Shown here: positions 56,503 through 64,000 of the stretch, piece by piece | Layout: each line of letters begins with the position of its first letter | Numbering within the stretch: the stretch's first letter is position 1 | Assembly (NCBI GenBank): GCA_964347045.1 | Contig: CAYFXC010000001.1 | Location: forward strand, 128,001 to 192,000 | Length of the DNA: 64,000 nucleotides | Source of the DNA: an uncultured archaeon | Lineage (GTDB): Archaea > Asgardarchaeota > Hermodarchaeia > Hermodarchaeales > Hermodarchaeaceae | Reading direction: 5' to 3' | Position numbers and translations under genes: made by a program | Notes under the pieces: model-generated | What the model was told of the DNA's origin: nothing | Database searches by the model: none | Seen by the model: the letters and a program-made list of their open reading frames with translations, nothing else

Positions 56503-56736
56503 GGTTCTAGCTATCCTCCAAGTTTCGTTCTTTTTCCAATCTAAAGTCGGCGATCGTTTCTAGGTGGAGTTGTTTCTGGGCACGTCAGAGAAAACTGTGA
56601 ACAACTTCGCCTTGAAGTTTGGAGTTTCCTACTTTATTCCATCGACTCGTACCAGTTGAGCCGAAGGCTATACTTGTCGTTCCGATGGTGTTACCAGTCA
56701 TAGGAGTTTATTGCTATTTGAAAACAAACTAGAACC
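56503..56736 (+). ncRNA. Putative structured non-coding element
   Basis: Nested long stems: 56503-10/56729-36, 56516-27/56613-24, 56562-74/56600-12, 56626-31/56701-06, 56639-44/56683-88; G-U pairs work on the + strand. Confidence 0.5.
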
Positions 56737-56847
56737 TATTCAATAGCATATCAACGAATTTTTTAAGTTCCATAATTCATTTCCATTCTGTAGTACCAAG
56801 ATTTTAACTGGGTTAAAGATAAAAGGAAGAGAGTAGGCGTTTTTCTC

Positions 56848-59800
56848 GTGGCTTATTTACGTCAAATTTCAATTCAAGGGTTTAAAAGTTTCAGTCCAAA
56901 AAAAACCACTATTGATCTAAGTAGGGGTTTTACTGCAATCGTTGGTGAAAATGGCTGTGGTAAAAGCAACATTTTGGATGCTGTTTGCTTTGTACTTGGT
57001 CGTTTGAGTAGCAAATCTTTGCGTGCTGAGAATTTTGCTTCATTGCTATTTAATGGTGGTTCTGGTAATTCTCCCGCAAAATTGTGCCGTGTTAGTCTCG
57101 TTTTTGATAATACTGATCGCCAATTTCCCATTGATGCAAATGAAATAACAATAAGTCGAGAAGTCGATGAAACTGGAATTAGTGCATATCGAATAGGTGG
57201 CAAACGGGTTACGCGTACCGAAATGATTGATACAATAGCAGTTGCTGGGTTACATCCTGAAGGTCATAATATTGTAATGCAGAATGAATTAGCAAATGTC
57301 ATTACTATGACGCCAACCGAAATTCGTCAAATTGTTGAGGGAGTTGCAGGTATTTCCGTTTTCGACGAAAAGAAGCAGCAGATTGAAAGTGAATTAGTGA
57401 AAGTCGATCAAAACCTACACATGGTTCAAATGCGTACCGAAGAAATTCGTCAAGAATATTCTCGGTTGGAAAAGGATAGGAAAGATGCTCTCCGATGGCG
57501 GGAAATTACTGAAAAACTAACACAATTCGAAAGAGATTTGATTTTTGCGGAACTAGCCCGAGTTGAAGAACGTCTTACCGAAATGAAAAAAGAGTTTGTT
57601 TCATACTCTGATAATATTAAGGAACTTGAAACCAAACGCCAACAGGCTAAGAATCGTAAACTCGAACTTGAACAAATTGTAAAAACGGACGAACAAAAAA
57701 TCAAACAATTAGATCAAAAACAACGAAAAAGGGAAATTGAGGAAACGCGTATTCGAGAAATTTTGAAAGGACTGCAATTAACTTCTGAAAAACTTTCTCA
57801 AAATAAAAAATTACTTGCAGCAAGTGTTGAGCATCTCGAATCAGAAGAATCGAAGGAAAAGAATCAGTCCGCACAACTAGAAATGGAAATTGCAGCTCTC
57901 AACACTGACCAAGCTTCACACCGAGAACAAATTGAACCTATTCGAACGCGTCTCTCAAAATTATCTGAACAAACTGACTCTCCAGACACCGAATATGTAT
58001 CACTCAGAGAACAAATCTTAACACTAACTGAAACTATCGAAGCAAAAAAGAGTGCAATTGGCGAAACCACGGCATTAAACCAAGTTACTGAAAAAGGGAT
58101 TATTGAACTCATGGCGCAGATTGAGGATAGCTACGCCCTTCTTCCTGAGCAGGAATATTCCTTAGATAAAACAAAAACCCAGTGCCAAAGCATCGAAAAC
58201 GAACTCCACGATCTCCAAGCAGAGGTAACCACCCTTGAAAAACAAAAGAGCGAATTTCAAACTTCGATGCAAGAAAAACAAAACAAACAAGAAGAGCTCA
58301 ACCAATTAATTCAAGCTTCGAAAGAAGAACTCCTTGAAGCGCAAACTAGGCTAAAGACAATACGCGAATTCAAAAAGTATGGGCTAACGCGAAAAGCAGC
58401 AACTGATGCGGTTCTAAAATATGCAAAAGAAAACAAAGCTACAGGTGTTTATGGTACTCTAGGTAGCTTAGGTAAGACTTCCACCAAACACGCGACCGCT
58501 CTAGAAGTAGCAGGTGGGGGAAGACTTGATTTTATCGTTGTTGATAATGAAGAAACTGCTTCAAAATGTATTGAATATCTAAAAAAGAGCCATATTGGTC
58601 GTGCAACCTTTATCCCACTCGACACAATCAAAACCAATCCATACTCGTACAAAGGTGAACAAAAAGGCGTTGTAGGAAACGCACTCGAGCTTCTTACTTT
58701 TGAAGATCAATTTCGACCTGCATTTGAATTTGTATTTGGTAGAACTCTAATTGTGAAAGATTTGAAAATCGCACGCAATGTCAAAGCGGCTGGCGTTCGA
58801 AAAATCACAATTGACGGTGACATAGTTGAGCCCAACCGTACGTTAACTGGAGGGTTTTACAAAGGACTCTCCTCATTGACTTTGGAAGAAGAAGCAAGAA
58901 TTCCAGAGTTGCAGAAAAAACTCAAGGAGCTCCGCACACTTCATTCTAAAGAAGTGATTGAGTACCAGAAATGGACAGAAAAAACAAACCAATTAGAAGA
59001 TCAACTAAGAGAAAAGCAGAAGATGCTTGATGGTTTGAAAATAAAGTACAATAAAGCAGATGAAATGGCAACGGCTCAAGAAGAAGCTCTCATTGATTTC
59101 AAAGAGAGTATTTCAAAATTGCGTGAATCCTTGAAAGATAAAGAAAAAACCAAACAAACATTAGGACAGAAATTACAGACAGACCAATTAGAAATTCAAG
59201 AGCTAATCAACAAACGGGAAGAACTTCAACAAAGCCTTTCAACCTTAGAAAGAAGCAGCCTAGACCCCAATCTTACTGGGCTTCGTAAACAACTAGACAA
59301 GTATGAATCTCAACTACAGGAAACACAACTCAAACTAACTGAAAAAACAAGCGAAGCTAGACACACAAAAGGTGAAATCAATCGTATTTCTCAAGATCTC
59401 ACAAGTACGAAGACAGAGTTGGAACAAAAAGATAAGGAACTAATAGCTACAACTAAACAGATTGAACAAAATCAAACAGCTCTGACCAAAATTGAAGAAG
59501 ACGTCGTTAATCTAAGCGAACAGATTAGGGAGCTTGAAAATAAGATTATAACATGTGAGGCTGAAAACCGGCAAATAAACAATACAATTGATGAACTTCT
59601 TGATAAGATAAACGACGAAAAAATGAATCGCTCCAAAATCGAAGGGCGGATTGAACACTGGCAAGAACGGTTTACCGCTCAAAAAGAGAAGACAGTGGGA
59701 TTAGAACCACCATTACTTCCTATGGAACCTGCTCAAGTACAAAGCCTGCGTAGACAAATTTCAACTTTGCAAGAAGAAAGAGATCAAATGGGTCTTATTA

Positions 59801-60411
59801 ACCAAAAAGCCGTTGAACGTTTCGAAGAAATTCGTCACGCTTACGATGAAATCTTAGAAAAAGAAAGCAGAATTCGGGAAGAACGCGAAGCCATTCTAGA
59901 TGCGATGCGAAAGGCAGAGGAAGAAAAATTCCGCGTTTTTATGGCTGCATTTACAAATATCTCTAACAACTTTGCCGACGTCTATCAACAACTTACTCAA
60001 GGAGAGGGTCAACTCGAATTGGAAAATCCTGAAAATCCATTTTTAGGTGGCATTCGAATGAAAGTACGACCAGCTGGAAAACGCGTCCAATACCTCGATG
60101 CTCTTTCTGGCGGTGAAAAAGCCCTCACTGCCTTAACCTTTATGTTTGCACTGCAACTACATCAACCGGCGCCTTTCTATTTCCTCGATGAAATCGATGA
60201 GGCACTCGATCCCAACAATACAGATAGAGTCGCTCGATTAATTGTAAACCTTTCTGAAAACTCACAATTTATTGTTATCTCACACAACGAAATTTCAATT
60301 CGATTAGCAAAAACGCTTCTTGGTGTAGCATTAGCAGATGGTATATCACAGGTCTTTTCAGTACAATTTGAGGAAGGCCTACTCATGATTGAAGGAACAA
60401 GCAAAACCTAA
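56848..60411 (+). CDS. smc: Chromosome segregation protein SMC
   Basis: GFKSF, GENGCGKSN, hinge GVYGTLG..GRATFIPL..TGG, LSGGEK, LDEIDEALD. Confidence 0.97.
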   Translation: MAYLRQISIQGFKSFSPKKTTIDLSRGFTAIVGENGCGKSNILDAVCFVLGRLSSKSLRAENFASLLFNGGSGNSPAKLCRVSLVFDNTDRQFPIDANEITISREVDETGISAYRIGGKRVTRTEMIDTIAVAGLHPEGHNIVMQNELANVITMTPTEIRQIVEGVAGISVFDEKKQQIESELVKVDQNLHMVQMRTEEIRQEYSRLEKDRKDALRWREITEKLTQFERDLIFAELARVEERLTEMKKEFVSYSDNIKELETKRQQAKNRKLELEQIVKTDEQKIKQLDQKQRKREIEETRIREILKGLQLTSEKLSQNKKLLAASVEHLESEESKEKNQSAQLEMEIAALNTDQASHREQIEPIRTRLSKLSEQTDSPDTEYVSLREQILTLTETIEAKKSAIGETTALNQVTEKGIIELMAQIEDSYALLPEQEYSLDKTKTQCQSIENELHDLQAEVTTLEKQKSEFQTSMQEKQNKQEELNQLIQASKEELLEAQTRLKTIREFKKYGLTRKAATDAVLKYAKENKATGVYGTLGSLGKTSTKHATALEVAGGGRLDFIVVDNEETASKCIEYLKKSHIGRATFIPLDTIKTNPYSYKGEQKGVVGNALELLTFEDQFRPAFEFVFGRTLIVKDLKIARNVKAAGVRKITIDGDIVEPNRTLTGGFYKGLSSLTLEEEARIPELQKKLKELRTLHSKEVIEYQKWTEKTNQLEDQLREKQKMLDGLKIKYNKADEMATAQEEALIDFKESISKLRESLKDKEKTKQTLGQKLQTDQLEIQELINKREELQQSLSTLERSSLDPNLTGLRKQLDKYESQLQETQLKLTEKTSEARHTKGEINRISQDLTSTKTELEQKDKELIATTKQIEQNQTALTKIEEDVVNLSEQIRELENKIITCEAENRQINNTIDELLDKINDEKMNRSKIEGRIEHWQERFTAQKEKTVGLEPPLLPMEPAQVQSLRRQISTLQEERDQMGLINQKAVERFEEIRHAYDEILEKESRIREEREAILDAMRKAEEEKFRVFMAAFTNISNNFADVYQQLTQGEGQLELENPENPFLGGIRMKVRPAGKRVQYLDALSGGEKALTALTFMFALQLHQPAPFYFLDEIDEALDPNNTDRVARLIVNLSENSQFIVISHNEISIRLAKTLLGVALADGISQVFSVQFEEGLLMIEGTSKT

Positions 60412-61186
60412 TGAAAATCAGATAATACATCAGGTTATATATGATGCATTTACCAGATACTACGAAAATGTGAAACAAAGGGAGAACAAAAAGCCGTTGA
60501 CAGAAAGTAGCCCTGAGCCATTCTGGTTTCATCAACCGTGGCGAGTCCTTACTGACATTCTTGAATTACAAAAAATTAGTCCATGGGAACTTGACTTAGC
60601 TGAGCTCGTTAATGGGTTTATTGGTCGATTACTTACTGCTGAATATATAGACTTTCGTATTTGTGGTCGTGCGCTCCTATCCGCTGCCATACTTCTTCGA
60701 CTGAAAACGGAATATCTGCTTGAATTTGGTCGAGAGGAAGAAGAAATTATTCGTGTAATCGAAGAAGACATCTTCCTTCCGCCAATCCGGCCTCCCTTTC
60801 GGCAAAATATCCGTCCAACATCATCAGCAGAATTTTTTGAAGCATTACGTGAACTTGTTTTCCCTCCACAAAAACGAAGAAGAAAACTTACCGTGACAAG
60901 TGATTCTTTACTTTCAATACCTCAATTTGGCGGCTCACAAATTGAGCTAAACAAATCAATGAAACAGATATACGCGCAATTAACCAAAGCAAGTCTTGAG
61001 CACAATCCAATCTCTTTTATTAAATTTGTACATGGAATGTCACACATCGAAATCATCCGGGTTTTTCTCACCCTCCTCTACTTGTTAGGTGATGGTAAAG
61101 TTCGTGTTAATCAGGATCAACAATTTGGAAATATTATGATCTGGGTTCAAGAACCTCACAGTGAGGAGGCCAGTACTGGTGGATGA
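60389..61186 (+). CDS. scpA: Kleisin ScpA
   Basis: ISPWELDLAEL, GRALLSAAILLRLKT, FLTLLYL..G...QDQQFGNI. Confidence 0.9.
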   Translation: MKEQAKPNENQIIHQVIYDAFTRYYENVKQRENKKPLTESSPEPFWFHQPWRVLTDILELQKISPWELDLAELVNGFIGRLLTAEYIDFRICGRALLSAAILLRLKTEYLLEFGREEEEIIRVIEEDIFLPPIRPPFRQNIRPTSSAEFFEALRELVFPPQKRRRKLTVTSDSLLSIPQFGGSQIELNKSMKQIYAQLTKASLEHNPISFIKFVHGMSHIEIIRVFLTLLYLLGDGKVRVNQDQQFGNIMIWVQEPHSEEASTGG

Positions 61187-61730
61187 CGCTACACGATTAG
61201 TTGAAGCCGCGCTCTATATAGCTGGACGACCTCTCACCATTCATGAAATTCAACAAGCCACGTTAATATCTACTATAAAGAAAGTTCGGGAAAGTATTCA
61301 ATTCCTAATTGATGAATACGAAATTCGTTCTGGAGCTTTAGAAATTGTACGACTTCCCCACCAACGATTTGTTCTCCAATTAAAACCAAATCTAAGTGAA
61401 CACGTTGGCAATCTAGCCCCTCAAGGTTTACTTTCTTTAGGGGAGTTAAAAACCCTCATCTATGTTGCTCTTTCTCAACCAATTCTCCAATCAGACGTTG
61501 TTGTGTACCGCGGTTCCCATAGCTACAAGCATATTAAAAACTTAGAACGTCATGGCTTCATTGAATCCACTCCATTTGGACGAACCAAAGAACTCACAAC
61601 AACAGAATTGTTTGCGGATTACTTTGGCTTCGATTATGAAGTTGACAAGCTAAAAGGTCAGCTCCGAAGAATGATTAGGCAAATTCGGATAGAACAATCT
61701 GAATTAGCCGCCGCAGCAGAGGAAAAATAA
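61176..61730 (+). CDS. scpB: ScpB (kite) subunit; start uncertain (61161-61179)
   Basis: VEAALYIAGRPL, TLIYVALSQPI, GRTKELTTTELFADYFG. Confidence 0.9.
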   Translation: MVDDATRLVEAALYIAGRPLTIHEIQQATLISTIKKVRESIQFLIDEYEIRSGALEIVRLPHQRFVLQLKPNLSEHVGNLAPQGLLSLGELKTLIYVALSQPILQSDVVVYRGSHSYKHIKNLERHGFIESTPFGRTKELTTTELFADYFGFDYEVDKLKGQLRRMIRQIRIEQSELAAAAEEK

Positions 61731-61831
61731 TCAGCAAATAATCGAATCAATTCGATGTTTACCGCACACTTTGTAAGTTTATATCTTCTTCTATAAATCC
61801 AACAGAAGCCAAATAACTCGAGGTCCGTAGT

Positions 61832-62308
61832 GTGGTTCGTCCTCCTCAATCTTCTTTATCTCAATCTACCCATAGAAATGAAACTTCTAGCATTGCTCCG
61901 CCTGAAGGAATCTACTCATTATTTATTCTCAAGGAATCAGGATGCCCATTTTATTATCGCATATTTACACCAAAGGAAGATCATCCTGACCCCGCCATTC
62001 TTGGAGGGTTTTTCATTGCGCTCTCACTTTTTGCTAAAGAGGTTACTGATGGACAAATTGAAACTGTTACAACTGAGCCCTGCAGATATACCTTTCATCC
62101 ACTTCAAAATGGGCTATTAGTAATTAGTAGTGCAAAAACGTTCAACCCAATATTTATTGAAGCAATTGCTAAGCGCATCGCAAAGTTATTTCTCACCAAA
62201 TATCGTGATCGACTTATCAAACCTCAACCGGCTTCTATTTGCGCACCTGATCTCAATCAGCAAATCGAACAAATATTCGGTGAAACATCAGTGAAAACCT
62301 CGCAATAA
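61832..62308 (+). CDS. Longin-like domain protein
   Basis: IYSLFILKESGCPFYYRIF, LGGFFIALSLFAKEV, IAKLFLTKY: beta-beta-alpha-beta-beta-beta-alpha longin pattern. Confidence 0.75.
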   Translation: MVRPPQSSLSQSTHRNETSSIAPPEGIYSLFILKESGCPFYYRIFTPKEDHPDPAILGGFFIALSLFAKEVTDGQIETVTTEPCRYTFHPLQNGLLVISSAKTFNPIFIEAIAKRIAKLFLTKYRDRLIKPQPASICAPDLNQQIEQIFGETSVKTSQ

Positions 62309-62327
62309 TGCTAGGGTGTAACTTGAG

Positions 62328-63359
62328 CTAACAGACACGAGGAATAGCTTCTGCCCACGGGTGTTGAATAATTCTAGAACCGCCAACTTCTGTTCGCATC
62401 ACTACAAGACCTGGGCGGTCATCTTTTGCCTCTCCAATGATTTGCGCATCTTTTCCATATTTGTTGTTACGAATAACTTTTAGAACGCTCTCAGCTTTCT
62501 CGGCCTCCACTGCTATTAGGGCTTTTCCTTCACAAGTTACTTGCAAAGGGTCAAGACCAAGCATTTGACTTGCTGCTAGCACTTCTCGTTGATATGGCAG
62601 TCTAGTCTCATCTATTACCAAACTAACATTCGACTTTTTTGCGAATTCATTTAGTGTTGCTGATAGTCCTCCACGTGTAGGATCCTTCATGGCATGAATG
62701 CCACCTACTTGTAATGCTGAATTAACTAATGACCACAGTGGCGCAATATCAGATTTTAGATCAGTTTCAAAGGAAAGTCCTTCACGGCTTGCTAACAACG
62801 CAATTCCATGATCCCCTATGGTTCCGGTCATTATCAGTTTGTCACCGACTTTTACACCGCTATCTGTGATTGCCTTTCCTTTGTCAATTACTCCAAATCC
62901 AGTGGTACATATTATCATTTCATCAAGCCCGCCAGTTGGTATTATCTTCGTGTCTCCTGCAACAACTGCTACTTGGTCTTCTGCTGCAGTTGAAGCCATT
63001 GATGTTAAAATCGTGTGAAGTGCTTCGATGCTAAATCCCTCTTCAATTACCAAAGCACTAGTCATGGCCAATGGTCGGGCACCCATCATCGCCACATCAT
63101 TAATTGTACCTGCAGCGGCAAGGCTCCCAATATTTCCACCTGGAAAAAACAACGGTGATACCGTATGACTGTCGGTAGAAACCACAACCTCACATTTTTC
63201 TAAAGGAATTGAAGCTCCGTCATCTGCTTCGGGTAATCCAATTCCCGTTTCAAAACGATTGAGCGTGAAATGGGGAAAAATAATATCCGCTAGAAATTGA
63301 GCCATTGCACGACCGCCAGCTCCATGGGCTAATTCAACAAGGGGCGTTCCTTTTGACAT
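62328..63359 (-). CDS. hypE: Hydrogenase maturation carbamoyl dehydratase HypE
   Basis: LAHGAGG, TDSHTVSPLFFPGGNIG, GDTK, DPTRGG, CEGK, C-terminal PRVC. Confidence 0.96.
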   Translation of the reverse strand: MSKGTPLVELAHGAGGRAMAQFLADIIFPHFTLNRFETGIGLPEADDGASIPLEKCEVVVSTDSHTVSPLFFPGGNIGSLAAAGTINDVAMMGARPLAMTSALVIEEGFSIEALHTILTSMASTAAEDQVAVVAGDTKIIPTGGLDEMIICTTGFGVIDKGKAITDSGVKVGDKLIMTGTIGDHGIALLASREGLSFETDLKSDIAPLWSLVNSALQVGGIHAMKDPTRGGLSATLNEFAKKSNVSLVIDETRLPYQREVLAASQMLGLDPLQVTCEGKALIAVEAEKAESVLKVIRNNKYGKDAQIIGEAKDDRPGLVVMRTEVGGSRIIQHPWAEAIPRVC

Positions 63360-63485
63360 TGTAATCACTACTGATTGACTATATGAAAGTCAAAGCGCTA
63401 GAACCTAAAGTCTTTACCATTATCGGGTTGGCGAAACGTTTATAGCTCCTTGTCAGTGTCTCGTCTCAAATCCGAGGTCACAGAA

Positions 63486-63866
63486 ATGCCCCTATGGCAA
63501 GGTAAATCAAAACGGTACCACAGTGGTGCTAGACGGCGGTCGTCGCGCAAGCACCGTAAATTCGAAAGAGGTAGTCAAGCCACAGAAACCATAATGGGAG
63601 AAAAGAAGCTCCGATTTAAGAGAGCGCTAAGTGGGGATAATAAACTTCGTTTATTAGCTGCCTCTTATGCTAATGTTACTGATAAAGCCACAGGGGAATC
63701 AGAAAAAACAAAAATTATCCAAGTCCTCCAAAATCCGGCAAATGTTGATTTTGATCGTCGTGGAATCATAACAAAGGGAGCTATCATTGAAACCGAAAAA
63801 GGGAAAGCCGTCGTAACCAGTCGTCCAGGTCAAAATGGAGTAGTGGACGCGATTAAAATTGAATAA
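63486..63866 (+). CDS. rps8e: 30S ribosomal protein S8e
   Basis: WQGKSKR..SG, NPAN..RRGIITKGAII, VTSRPGQNGVV. Confidence 0.96.
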   Translation: MPLWQGKSKRYHSGARRRSSRKHRKFERGSQATETIMGEKKLRFKRALSGDNKLRLLAASYANVTDKATGESEKTKIIQVLQNPANVDFDRRGIITKGAIIETEKGKAVVTSRPGQNGVVDAIKIE

Positions 63867-63875
63867 ATAAATCAG

Positions 63876-63998
63876 CTAGCTATTTTTTACTTCAGCTTGA
63901 ATATCCTTGATGATGCATTCTCTTCCCTGAATTACATCTACATCCTTAGTTTTACATTTTGAACAAGCCAAAGATGATAAGATTTCATAAAGGGCCCC
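63876..63998 (-). CDS. hypA: Hydrogenase nickel metallochaperone HypA, C-terminal part (truncated by window edge)
   Basis: Manual translation GALYEILSSLACSKCKTKDVDVIQGRECIIKDIQAEVKNS*: second CxxC plus GRE motif. Confidence 0.8.
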   Translation of the reverse strand, partial: GALYEILSSLACSKCKTKDVDVIQGRECIIKDIQAEVKNS

Positions 63999-64000
63999 TT

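Noticed and set aside
1-64000. CRISPR arrays, rRNA genes, IS transposases, integrases
   Set aside because: No regularly spaced direct repeats, rRNA-like tracts or transposase/integrase motifs seen by eye

Overview
Gene-dense, roughly 40% GC archaeal chromosomal segment, very probably from an Asgard archaeon. This is inferred from eukaryotic-signature proteins (profilin, longin domain, four roadblock/LC7 proteins, Rab-like and MglA-like GTPases, EMC6-like protein) found among archaeal core genes (psmB, taw1, rpoK, thermosome, lig, CCA enzyme, RqcH, Rio2, Lsm, NucS, IleRS, NurA/HerA, GPN GTPase, Smc-ScpAB, S8e). Two intron-containing tRNAs are present. The standout observation is a cryptic tRNA-Ile with a UAU anticodon at 45080-45225, immediately downstream of ileS. 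It is split by two BHB-type introns (29/30 and 37/38) that leave the anticodon on an 8-nt micro-exon, and it carries a compensatory A19-U56 elbow pair. Other highlights are a cluster of four roadblock genes around an MglA-type GTPase, a ~235-nt highly base-paired non-coding element upstream of smc, a free-standing HTH-LAGLIDADG ORF whose true N-terminus is cut by tandem stops, and several decayed gene fragments. No rRNA, CRISPR array or transposase was seen. All calls are by eye from motifs; no database searches were run.
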